Shown here: one piece after another, positions 1 through 8,511 of the stretch
Position numbering within the stretch: the first letter of the stretch is position 1
Layout: each line of letters starts with the position of its first letter
NCBI GenBank assembly: GCA_021731495.1
Contig: JAKFXG010000002.1
Coordinates: 1 to 61,553 of the forward strand
Direction of reading: 5' to 3'
From: Candidatus Parcubacteria bacterium
Lineage (GTDB): Bacteria; Patescibacteriota; Minisyncoccia; Phycocordibacterales; Phycocordibacteraceae
Length of the DNA stretch: 61,553 nt
Notes under the pieces: model-generated
The model's input: the letters and a program-made list of their open reading frames with translations, nothing else
Told to the model about the DNA's origin: nothing
Databases searched by the model: none
Made by a program: the position numbers and the translations under genes

Positions 1-501
1 AACCAACATTCTAAGAGGTATTTTTCGCTTAACTCTTTCTGGGATGTAATAATTCTGTATATATTTCTGCAACTCTGGATGTATGTTTTCAATGCCAACT
101 AATTCATTAATGGGTTGCTTTTGTAACAAATTGTCATAGTAGATCTTCTTTATACCTTCCACTCCTTCATATACCAAAATCTTTGGTTTACTTGTGGCGG
201 TTCCTAGAATACTTTGCAGTTGAGGTACTAATTTTTGAATTTCATCAAGCTCATACTTTTTTTGGTTTACGTACGCCTGCATGTCTTCTGCCACTATATA
301 TTTTCTTTTACCCTTTACTGTTTCAGTTAACAGACCTTTCTCTAAAAGCTTCGGTAAGATTCCATAGAGTGTTGGCCTTTTTATGGCGGCTTTCTCCGCA
401 AGATTTTTTGGTAAAGACTCCCCTAACTCTAAAGCAGCTACATATATTTGACTTTCAACCTTAGAAAGGCCAGCATTTTCAATAGTTTTTATAATATCCA
501 T
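1..501 (-). CDS. TrmB-family transcriptional regulator (N-terminal part, runs off the window edge)
   Basis: Not in the ORF track. Manual translation from ATG at 501: MDIIKTIENAGLSKVESQIYVAALELGESLPKNLAEKAAIKRPTLYGILPKLLEKGL...KPKILVYEGVEGIKKIY, the typical CPR TrmB wHTH plus YEG motif. Confidence 0.85.
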   Translation of the reverse strand, partial: MDIIKTIENAGLSKVESQIYVAALELGESLPKNLAEKAAIKRPTLYGILPKLLEKGLLTETVKGKRKYIVAEDMQAYVNQKKYELDEIQKLVPQLQSILGTATSKPKILVYEGVEGIKKIYYDNLLQKQPINELVGIENIHPELQKYIQNYYIPERVKRKIPLRMLV

Positions 502-620
502 AAAGTGTCGTTATTTCTGACACCTTACTATATATCTTTCTTGCAGTCTTTACAACATTTATTATAATACAGTAGGTAATAAGACGTATATTCTGACACT
601 TAATAAAGGAGGTTCTTGCG

Positions 621-1211
621 ATGAGTCTCACGAAAATAGGTAAGTTGCTGGGTTTTAACAAGCCTACTGTGCAAAATCAAGAGGAAACGCCGATGGAAAA
701 GGAGACGAGTATCAAGGATCAGGCGAGAAAAATATACTGTGAGATTGAATATGGGGGTGTTGAACCGACTGAAATCAACCCCGTTTGGGTGGAGTGGCTC
801 AATAATAAGGCTACTGAGCACGACCAAGCAGCCGAAAGCATGTCGGGGACGGGAATGTATGACGCCATTCAAGGTCACCACAAAGAAGCTAAAGAGTTGC
901 GACAAGCAGCCTCTCAGGGCACTGTATCCCCTTCAGCCTATTATAAGAAGAACTGGGTGAAGGGTGTTGCGCGCAAGTTGATGGACGTTGACGAAGACAT
1001 AGCAAAGACGACTGCTTACCATCTTCTGTGCTTGAAGAAAGAAATAAAGGAGGCCGAGAGCCTGCTGATGGACAAAAAGGAAATCGACGCCCGAGGAATA
1101 GACTGGGAAGTCGAACAAATTTGTCGAGCTATCAAGTCAAAGAAGGACCTTCAGAGTAAGTTCATAAGTTATATGGAAAAAGTTATGGATCTTAAAAATC
1201 AAGGTCTGTAA
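621..1211 (+). CDS. hypothetical protein, divergent from TrmB gene
   Basis: 196-aa ORF with AAGGAGG SD upstream and a hairpin/U-tract downstream. Confidence 0.75.
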   Translation: MSLTKIGKLLGFNKPTVQNQEETPMEKETSIKDQARKIYCEIEYGGVEPTEINPVWVEWLNNKATEHDQAAESMSGTGMYDAIQGHHKEAKELRQAASQGTVSPSAYYKKNWVKGVARKLMDVDEDIAKTTAYHLLCLKKEIKEAESLLMDKKEIDARGIDWEVEQICRAIKSKKDLQSKFISYMEKVMDLKNQGL

Positions 1212-1327
1212 TAATTGAAGCGAGAGCGGTGGGAACAAACCCCGTCGCTCTCTTTTTTATTACAACCTTTTCGATTCCGGAATCGCCCCATCTTTTCTAA
1301 TTCCAGGAATCGATTCTCACTCAAGAA

Positions 1328-1367
1328 AGAAATCAAAAACCGCCTCTAGAGGCGGTTTTTGATTTCT
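1328..1367. terminator. bidirectional intrinsic terminator
   Basis: AGAAATCAAAAACCGCCTC-TA-GAGGCGGTTTTTGATTTCT inverted repeat. Confidence 0.8.
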
Positions 1368-1371
1368 AGTG

Positions 1372-1509
1372 TTAGGGATTGTTCCGATCAGAATTCTCCC
1401 GCTTCTCTTCCGCTTCCTCAGGTCTCATAACAAGACCTGACTCCGGATCTATTACGTGATATTTTTCCGTGTCACTTAGCTCACGAGATGGATCTTCAGG
1501 ATTGTTCAT
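1372..1509 (-). CDS. putative 45-aa small acidic protein
   Basis: MNNPEDPSRELSDTEKYHVIDPESGLVMRPEEAEEKRENSDRNNP*, ending immediately before the terminator. Confidence 0.5.
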   Translation of the reverse strand: MNNPEDPSRELSDTEKYHVIDPESGLVMRPEEAEEKRENSDRNNP

Positions 1510-1589
1510 AGAGTCTATGTATTAGGATAAACCCACTTAAATCATAATTCCTCACACATCCCTGTCAAGAGCAGTATCAAGAGACATAT

Positions 1590-2717
1590 TTATTTTAAAT
1601 ACTTTTTCTTTTTCAGTTTATCCGGCAAGTACGAATTCGTATCGTATGTCTCGTATTCCTTACCGTACTCCAGGTCCTTCATGAGTTTCGTGACGGGGTT
1701 GCGGATCTTTTTAGGAATGGGCAGATTGCCGAATTGCTGCACATCCGCCTGCGCAGCGCGGAGCGCATTGTAGGCGGAGCGGTCTTTCTTTGCCTGTGCC
1801 AGATACGTAACACCGTGGGCGAGGTTGATGGCGCATTCAGGGTAGCCGATAGTCTCGCAGACACGAAAGACCGCATTGGCAACGACGAGCGCCGTCGGTT
1901 GAGCGAGGCCCACGTCCTCGCTCGCAAATACCACCATTCTTCGCGCGATAAAGAGCGGATCTTCCCCCGCTTCTACCATGCGTGCGAGATAGTACAGTGC
2001 CGCATCTGGCTGCGATGCGCGCATACTTTTTATGAACGCGCTGATGGTGTCGTAATGCTCCTCACCCTTTTTGTCGTAGCGCAGGTGCGGTGATTCAAGC
2101 GCCTTGTTGAGTGTCTCCACGGTTACCTCTCCGTACAGAGTCTGTGCGCCCTCGAGCATGCCAAGCGCTTTGCGTGCATCGCCATTTGCGTAGCCAAGCA
2201 GCCAATCAAAGGCATCCTTTTTCACTTTGAGTTTTGTACTCTTAACGATGGAACGAAGCGCTTCCTCGGACAGTGGTTCAAGTACGAATACGCGGCATCG
2301 CGAAAGAAGAGGTGCAATAATTTCGAATGACGGATTTTCAGTCGTTGCGCCGATAATCGTCAGTTCCCCGCTTTCGACATACGGCAAAAGAAAATCCTGC
2401 TGGCTTTTATTAAATCGGTGGATTTCGTCCAGAAAAAGTACTTTTTCTTTCCCACCCGTGTTTGAGAGGATGATCTTCCTGATGTCATCCTTTCCTGCTG
2501 ATACTGCCGAGAGTTCGAACAATTCTGCGTCAAGCGCTCGCGCATAGATGCGCGCGATAGTCGTTTTGCCCGTTCCGGGAGGACCCCAAAGGATGAAAGA
2601 GAACTTATGTTTCTTCTCCACCGCTACCCGGAGCGGTTTCCCTTCTCCCACAAGGTGTTCCTGCCCGACAACTTTGTCGAGCGTATGGGGCCGTATGCGT
2701 GAGGCAAGGGGTTCCAT
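1590..2717 (-). CDS. rarA: replication-associated recombination protein A (MgsA/RarA AAA+ ATPase)
   Basis: MEPLASRIRP start, GPPGTGKT Walker A, LDEIHRFNKSQQD, ATTENPSF, SAFIKSMRAS, ASEDVG. Confidence 0.95.
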   Translation of the reverse strand: MEPLASRIRPHTLDKVVGQEHLVGEGKPLRVAVEKKHKFSFILWGPPGTGKTTIARIYARALDAELFELSAVSAGKDDIRKIILSNTGGKEKVLFLDEIHRFNKSQQDFLLPYVESGELTIIGATTENPSFEIIAPLLSRCRVFVLEPLSEEALRSIVKSTKLKVKKDAFDWLLGYANGDARKALGMLEGAQTLYGEVTVETLNKALESPHLRYDKKGEEHYDTISAFIKSMRASQPDAALYYLARMVEAGEDPLFIARRMVVFASEDVGLAQPTALVVANAVFRVCETIGYPECAINLAHGVTYLAQAKKDRSAYNALRAAQADVQQFGNLPIPKKIRNPVTKLMKDLEYGKEYETYDTNSYLPDKLKKKKYLK

Positions 2718-2814
2718 GCGTCTATGGTACTCCTCCTTGAAATTTTGTGCGGGATATGGAGATACCCACATCCCGCGTCTTACTCTCTTGACGGCTAGTT
2801 TTGATTTCTAAAAC

Positions 2815-3387
2815 CTACGAGCCGCTTTGTATACGCTCCGCCGCAACAAAAGACGTGTAGTTAAACTTCAGGTCCTGGATGCTCTCCTCAAGCACTTCAA
2901 GGCCGTAGAGGTCGGCTGCGGTGCGGGAGGCTATCACCGCCGTTGTGGGCGGGAGTAGCCCGCTCGCTAAATCTCCCGCCGCCTTTGCTGTATCCGCATA
3001 CTCCTCTAGCTCCACACTCGGCCACTTTCGTTTCAGGTACATGCGGCACTGCTTCAGAGCTTGGTCATGTGAGGTAATTGTCGTTATTTGATCTGGATTG
3101 GTTCCTGGCATGACGAGCAGGTTTTGGTGCACATCAATCTCAAATATTTTCTTTATCTGGAACCGATGCTTGGCCATAGCCTGGACCGCTTCGATAACGA
3201 TACCTCCGTTTGAGTTTTCAATGGGAAAGACGCCCAGATCGATGTCCCCCGCTTCAAGAGCTGCCAGTACTGGCTCGGCCGATATCAAGTAGTTGAGTTC
3301 GAGTTTAGTAATGTTCTCTTTCATCGCATATACGCGTGCCGCCTCTTCAGAAAAGCTCCCTTTCCCACCCATAATCCCGATTTTCAT
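2815..3387 (-). CDS. pheA: stand-alone prephenate dehydratase domain protein (no ACT domain)
   Basis: GGKGSFSEEAA, PIENSNGG, SHDQALKQC, DTAKAA, IQD..NYTSF. Confidence 0.8.
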   Translation of the reverse strand: MKIGIMGGKGSFSEEAARVYAMKENITKLELNYLISAEPVLAALEAGDIDLGVFPIENSNGGIVIEAVQAMAKHRFQIKKIFEIDVHQNLLVMPGTNPDQITTITSHDQALKQCRMYLKRKWPSVELEEYADTAKAAGDLASGLLPPTTAVIASRTAADLYGLEVLEESIQDLKFNYTSFVAAERIQSGS

Positions 3388-3462
3388 AAAAATGAGTATA
3401 GGCGATAAGCAGGTAAAGTGAAACCCGCGCTTGCCGAAGCAATACGCGGGTCTTTCCACTCA

Positions 3463-3708
3463 TCACCTCTTTCCTCCTTTCTTTCCGAAGAGGGCTTTCA
3501 AAGCCCACGCGAAGAGGAGTGCGATGACCCCAATCTCGAGCAGAGGTCCGGTGAACGGTTCAATCGCCGCCATGAGGCTGGCCAGGAGAGCGTTTACCGC
3601 TCGTCCAAGCCCCTCCGGATTGATGAGTCCATAAAGGACCCCGATTGCGCAGGCGGTTCCGAGGAGTCGCGCCGGCGTGCCAACGAAAAAACGGATCCAC
3701 TGACTCAT
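3463..3708 (-). CDS. small two-TM membrane protein
   Basis: 81-aa hydrophobic ORF with basic tail, followed by a hairpin at 3422-3452. Confidence 0.65.
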   Translation of the reverse strand: MSQWIRFFVGTPARLLGTACAIGVLYGLINPEGLGRAVNALLASLMAAIEPFTGPLLEIGVIALLFAWALKALFGKKGGKR

Positions 3709-3828
3709 GGTCTTTCTCCCCAAAAAGGTTAACTTCTAAATTTATTATACATGAACCGTTCTGCCTGTCAAGCCTGTGAGACTTTATTCTCCTATCCCAA
3801 CCATTACGCTCGCTTCGCGAGCTACGTG

Positions 3829-3899
3829 TGCGGGATAGGAGAATCGAACTCCTGCTCTCAGTTTGGAAAACTGACGTTCTACCATTAAACTAATCCCGC
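3829..3899 (-). tRNA. tRNA-Gly(TCC)
   Basis: GCGGGAT...TCAGT-TTTCCAA-ACTGA...GGAGTTCGATTCTCC-TATCCCGCA cloverleaf; CCA not encoded. Confidence 0.95.
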
Positions 3900-3974
3900 T
3901 TCAGGAACGAGAATAGCAGGAAATTGCGGTCCGCGCGATACGCACTGTCTTTCAAAACGATTTCGCGTTAGCGT

Positions 3975-5129
3975 ATGGGAATGAAACGCCTTGCCCCGTA
4001 TCTTGGTGTCATTGTCGCCATCGTATTTACGGTGTCTGCCGTCGCTGTTGCAAACTCGGTAACCATTCGGCTGACTCCTGTTCCAAATACGCCAGTTGCA
4101 TCCTCTACGCTTTCGGTGCGGCCCAATCTCGATGCGCCGCCCATACCGCTACCGAGTTCTGAATTGGCCGCGAACACAGAAAGCGCTTCTCCGGCGCAAG
4201 CGACATCTACCGCGAAGAAGGTGTCGCCCGCGCCCGTGTCGGCTGTTGCTCCTACCCCAGCCCCTATCCCGACCCAGCCTCAACCTTCCGCGGGGAACGC
4301 CGCTGCACTCGATGCTACTGCACTTGCACTACGCGAAGCTCTCGTAAATATCATTTGTTATGCTCCTGCAGGGGGTGTTCTGCGCTCACTTTCTGGAAGC
4401 GGCGTCATCATTGATACGAAGGGCATTATCCTCACCAACGCGCATATTGCTCAAAATTTCCTCCTGGCCGACCGCGGTGTCTCATGCTCTATTCGCGCGG
4501 GTAGTCCGGCTGTGAAAAGGTATGAGGCCGCGCTCATCTTCATTTCATCCGCATGGCTAAACGCGAACGCGAGCGTGCTCACACAATCGGCGCCGAGCGG
4601 CACGGGCGAATATGACTTTGCGCTTCTTGCTATCACAAAGAGCGCGACGGTGACACCGCTCCCTGCCCAATTCCCATTTTTGCCGCTCGCAGAGACACCC
4701 TCTCCTCCCGGCACGCCAGTTGTCATCGGTTCATACGGGGCACAATTCCTCGAGTCGAGCCAGATACAGTCTTCTCTCTTCCCCACGGTTGTTTTCGGTT
4801 CGGTGAAAAATGTATTTACATTTGGGAAGAACACTATCGACGTGCTTGCGCTTGGGGGGTCAGCGGCCGCGCAACAGGGATCTTCCGGTGGCGGCATTGC
4901 TGATGCGAGGGGCATGCTTGTGGGCACTATCACCACAAGCACAATCGAAGGCGCCACCGACACCCGCTCACTCGATGCCATTACCGCCTCCTACATTCGG
5001 GCACAATATGCGAACGAAACCGGAAGCGCTCTCGACGCGCTTCTCGCTAAACCGACGGCTGCTGCCACAGCAGACTTCGCGCCTCAAATGCCTACGCTCG
5101 AGTCGGTTATAACCGCTCATTTACCCTAA
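3975..5129 (+). CDS. membrane-anchored trypsin-like (S1) serine protease
   Basis: N-terminal TM, Pro/Ala linker, GSGVII, LTNAH, DFALL, QGSSGG catalytic motifs. Confidence 0.85.
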   Translation: MGMKRLAPYLGVIVAIVFTVSAVAVANSVTIRLTPVPNTPVASSTLSVRPNLDAPPIPLPSSELAANTESASPAQATSTAKKVSPAPVSAVAPTPAPIPTQPQPSAGNAAALDATALALREALVNIICYAPAGGVLRSLSGSGVIIDTKGIILTNAHIAQNFLLADRGVSCSIRAGSPAVKRYEAALIFISSAWLNANASVLTQSAPSGTGEYDFALLAITKSATVTPLPAQFPFLPLAETPSPPGTPVVIGSYGAQFLESSQIQSSLFPTVVFGSVKNVFTFGKNTIDVLALGGSAAAQQGSSGGGIADARGMLVGTITTSTIEGATDTRSLDAITASYIRAQYANETGSALDALLAKPTAAATADFAPQMPTLESVITAHLP

Positions 5130-5196
5130 TCCGCAAAGTCGGACTGGCTAGACCCATTTAGGCCGATATGGCTGGCACATTCTGTCAGAAACAAAG

Positions 5197-5526
5197 TCGG
5201 GGTGCGGAGAATCGGACTCCGTCATCTTAAATTTCTTATGGAAATTTCCACAGAAGTCTCCCAGACTTCTGGTCACAACATTTTCTAAACCAACTATTTA
5301 GTCACACTGTCGGGGTGCGGAGAATCGGACTCCGTCATCTTGCTCCCAAAGCAAGCGTACTACCGGTATACGACACCCCGACACTGCGACCAAAAATCTA
5401 AGAAAATGTTGTGACCCCAAAGCAAGCGTACTACTGCCAAGCGAGCCGAGCAACAAGTGAATTCCAATTCATTTGTTCGAGGCGAGCGAAGGGAGAAAGC
5501 TCTGCTTACCGGTATACGACACCCCG
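5197..5526 (-). pseudogene. outer, twice-interrupted copy of tRNA-Pro(TGG)
   Basis: Segments 5507-5526, 5416-5434 and 5197-5228 are identical to consecutive parts of the intact tRNA-Pro at 5310-5380. Confidence 0.85.
5310..5380 (-). tRNA. tRNA-Pro(TGG), intact, nested inside the interrupted copy
   Basis: CGGGGTG...CTTGC-TTTGGGA-GCAAG...CGGAG-TCCGATT-CTCCG-CACCCCGA cloverleaf. Confidence 0.9.
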
Positions 5527-5578
5527 ACTTTACTTCTGAACCCGCGCATCCCAGCCCATCTGGTCCACCATATCATCA

Positions 5579-5974
5579 TCAGACGATTTGTGGCAGATAG
5601 GAGACACGAGCCGTACCGTCTCGACGACGCATCCACACAAGGATTCCATCCACTTGCCAATCCCCTCCCCAGTTTTTCTCAAGAACATACCACTCCCCTG
5701 TTCGGGCAACCTTTCGCACCTTCGCCTCGTGGAGATTCAATGATGGGTCATAATCGTCATTTGCACTTTTTTCATCACGAAACTCGTCCACAAGTATCGT
5801 CTTAACTTCAACAAAATGAAGGGTGTTCTCCTTCTCCACAATGAGATCGAGTTCACCCGTCTTTCGTGCGATATTGCGATCGCGAACACTGAATCCGTGT
5901 CGCTTAAGGTACTCGGCCGCAATGCTTTCCCCAAGTGCGCCAACCTCTTTTCGGCTCTTAGAAGAAATGTCCAC
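5579..5974 (-). CDS. yraN: YraN family (UPF0102) PD-(D/E)XK nuclease-like protein
   Basis: G.LGE..AAEYL...G, GELDLI, LHFVEVKT; GTG start at 5974 assumed. Confidence 0.85.
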   Translation of the reverse strand: MDISSKSRKEVGALGESIAAEYLKRHGFSVRDRNIARKTGELDLIVEKENTLHFVEVKTILVDEFRDEKSANDDYDPSLNLHEAKVRKVARTGEWYVLEKNWGGDWQVDGILVWMRRRDGTARVSYLPQIV

Positions 5975-6314
5975 GGCCCGGTCAGTACAAGATGGCATTA
6001 CTCCCCGTGTCTGCCTTGTTAGTAAGTTCCACGAACCCATTATTGTTTACGAGTGGAATGCGAGCAAGTCGTATTCTGGAGTTGAAGACACTATGCCATC
6101 TTGTCCTACCGGGCACGGCCTTTAGAAATGCGGCTCATTTGTTAAGTATTTCATAGACTTATCAAAAAGTCTGATGTCCTTTATCCCCAGTACTAACAGG
6201 TTTATCCACTTCCAACACAAAACGAAAAGACACACAAAAACGGCCAAATTTAGCCGTTTTTGCTCAGTTTTGCATGCTATACTGCCAATCGGTGAAATTT
6301 TAAAGGAAGATCCC

Positions 6315-6500
6315 ATGCTCTGTTCGTTTGAATGTGACTGTCCTTTCGACCCGGAAACACTTGAGCGCTTGAGCGCAAAAATGAAATGCTCCAAGGACAC
6401 GACACAAGTGCTTGAGGTCATCAAAGAAGCAAATAACGCCTCTTTTGGCGGTGGCTGTTGTATACAGGTCTTGAAACTCATCCCACGAGGACTAGTCTAA
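6315..6500 (+). CDS. putative 61-aa Cys-rich small protein
   Basis: AAAGGA SD before ATG 6315; hairpin at 6485-6511 overlaps the stop. Confidence 0.5.
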   Translation: MLCSFECDCPFDPETLERLSAKMKCSKDTTQVLEVIKEANNASFGGGCCIQVLKLIPRGLV

Positions 6501-6528
6501 CTAGTCCTCGTTTCGTTCTATAAGTCGG

Positions 6529-6599
6529 TGCGGGCAGGGATAATCGAAATCCCGTCTCATCCTTGGCAAGGACGTGTTCTACCACTGAACCATGCCCGC
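6529..6599 (-). tRNA. tRNA-Gly(GCC)
   Basis: GCGGGCA...CGTCC-TTGCCAA-GGATG...GGGAT-TTCGATT-ATCCC-TGCCCGCA. Confidence 0.95.
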
Positions 6600-6832
6600 T
6601 TCAGGCGACATGATACCATGCCACCCTTTCATTTTTCCAGTGCCCCAACCAGGATCGCGATTACGCTTATCGAAACTTACAGTTTCAGTACACTTCATTC
6701 AGCAGAATGACTCTTGGAGTACGCGGATTTTCTCTTCGCGCAAACGCTCGATAAAATGCTCGCAAAGTCTTCGATTCCTGGCCGCACGTCCCCCAGACGT
6801 GCTTCGGGGCACATCCTCGCTATGTTCGTATG

Positions 6833-6904
6833 TGCCCCGACCAGGAATCGAACCCAGAATTCGACGTCCGAAGCGTCGCGTGATATCCGTTTCACCATCG
6901 GGGC
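6833..6904 (-). tRNA. tRNA-Arg(TCG)
   Basis: GCCCCGA...CGACG-CTTCGGA-CGTCG...GGTTCGATTCC-TGGTCGGGGCA. Confidence 0.95.
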
Positions 6905-6961
6905 TAAAACGACACCTTGTGTCGTTCGCCCGAACATTTCACCTTGCAAAATGTTTTAGGG
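6904..6961 (-). mobile_element. three-way-junction mini-element, copy 1 (abuts tRNA-Arg 5' end)
   Basis: GG-CTAAAA-hairpin-CGCCCG-hairpin-TTTAG-GG, the same scaffold as four other copies. Confidence 0.75.
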
Positions 6962-7021
6962 CGTACCTGCATACTACTACTAAGCGAGCCGAGACACGAG
7001 CAATTATGCTACGATTCTCAC

Positions 7022-8485
7022 ATGGAATACCGTATCCCAAGCGAAGTCTCCAAAGTCTCCGAAGGATTACGGAAGGCTGGATTCGAGGCGTACCTTGTTG
7101 GGGGGTGCGTCCGCGACCTCATAATCGGTAGAGAGCCGAAAGATTGGGATCTCACTACAAATGCAACTCCTGAGCAGATCCAAGGCGTATTCCCTGATTC
7201 TTTCTATGAAAATGACTACGGAACTGTCGGCGTAAAGACAGGTTCGGAGGACGGGCGTCTTGCCATTGTTGAAGTAACCCCCTATCGCACGGAGTCTGAG
7301 TACTCTGACAAGCGCCGACCCGACAAAGTAGAGTTCGGTGCTTCCCTTCTGGAAGATCTGGCACGTCGCGACTTCACCATCAATGCTATTGCCCTCGAAG
7401 ACTCTAAAGGACATCTGGTTGACCCGTACGACGGTCAAAAGGACATAAAGGACAAGTTGGTGCGTGCCGTCGGTAATGCCAGCCAGCGGTTCAATGAGGA
7501 CGCTCTACGCATGCTTCGTGCAGTCCGTCTCGTAGCTGAGCTTGAATTCGGTATAGACGGCGACACTGCCACTGCAATAAGCGAAAATAGCAAGCATTTA
7601 GGCCAAGTTTCACGTGAAAGAATACGAGATGAGCTCATAAGGATATTGAATTCGAGTAAGCCGATGGATGCACTCGTCCTGGCTCAGAGGCTTGGAATAC
7701 TAGAATTCATAGCGGCAGACCTTATTCGCGGTATTGGTATTGAGCAAAACCAGGCGCATAGCTTTGACGTTTTCGGACATAATCTCCGCACCATGCAGCA
7801 CGCGGCTGATAAGGAGTGGGATTTTGATATCCGTCTCGCTGGTCTTTACCACGACATTTCAAAGCCGGAGACTCGTCGCTGGTCAGAAGAAAAGAAAGAT
7901 TGGACCTTCCATGGACACGAGGTGGTTGGTTCACGTGTAACGAAAAAGGCCCTTGAGGACCTACATTTTTCACGTGAAACGATAGAAAAGGTAGTAAAAC
8001 TGGTCCGTTGGCACATGTTTTTCTCTGATCCGGAGCAGATTACTCTCTCCGCCGTACGGCGCATGATTACGAACGTCGGTGAGGAAAACATATGGGATCT
8101 ACTTAATCTCCGTATCTGCGACCGTATAGGAACTGGCAGGCCTAAGGAACAGCCCTTCCGCTTCCGCAAATACAAGGCGATGGTTGACCAGGCGCTTCGC
8201 GACCCTATCTCCGTGACCATGCTTAAAACGGATGGAAATAGGATTATGGACAAGTTCCACGTGAAACCTGGACCGAAGATAGGTTGGGCACTCAACGCTC
8301 TCCTCGAGGAAATACTTGATGATTCTGCTAAGAATACCGAGGAATATCTCGATAAAAGAACCAGTGAATTGCTCGCTCTATCAGAAAATGACCTTAAAGT
8401 GCTCGGAGAATCGGGGAAAAAGAAGAGGGAAGAGAAGGAAGATGAGGAAATAAAGCATATAATGGAGAAATATCACGTTTGTTGA
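7022..8485 (+). CDS. cca: CCA-adding tRNA nucleotidyltransferase with HD domain
   Basis: VGGCVRD, DWD, EDLARRDFTINA, RFNEDALRMLRAVR, SRERIRDE, YHDISKP. Confidence 0.92.
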   Translation: MEYRIPSEVSKVSEGLRKAGFEAYLVGGCVRDLIIGREPKDWDLTTNATPEQIQGVFPDSFYENDYGTVGVKTGSEDGRLAIVEVTPYRTESEYSDKRRPDKVEFGASLLEDLARRDFTINAIALEDSKGHLVDPYDGQKDIKDKLVRAVGNASQRFNEDALRMLRAVRLVAELEFGIDGDTATAISENSKHLGQVSRERIRDELIRILNSSKPMDALVLAQRLGILEFIAADLIRGIGIEQNQAHSFDVFGHNLRTMQHAADKEWDFDIRLAGLYHDISKPETRRWSEEKKDWTFHGHEVVGSRVTKKALEDLHFSRETIEKVVKLVRWHMFFSDPEQITLSAVRRMITNVGEENIWDLLNLRICDRIGTGRPKEQPFRFRKYKAMVDQALRDPISVTMLKTDGNRIMDKFHVKPGPKIGWALNALLEEILDDSAKNTEEYLDKRTSELLALSENDLKVLGESGKKKREEKEDEEIKHIMEKYHVC

Positions 8486-8511
8486 GCCGTGTTGATGTTC
8501 CACGTGTAACA
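7606..8511. promoter_or_regulatory. cluster of five parS-like palindromes
   Basis: 13-15 of 16 matches to TGTTNCACGTGAAACA at 7606, 7927, 7966, 8253 and 8496. Confidence 0.75.

Noticed and set aside
5229..5415. Group I intron in tRNA-Pro
   Set aside because: No P/Q/R/S core is recognisable, the insert is mostly a hairpin plus a tRNA, and the exon junction lacks 3 nt.
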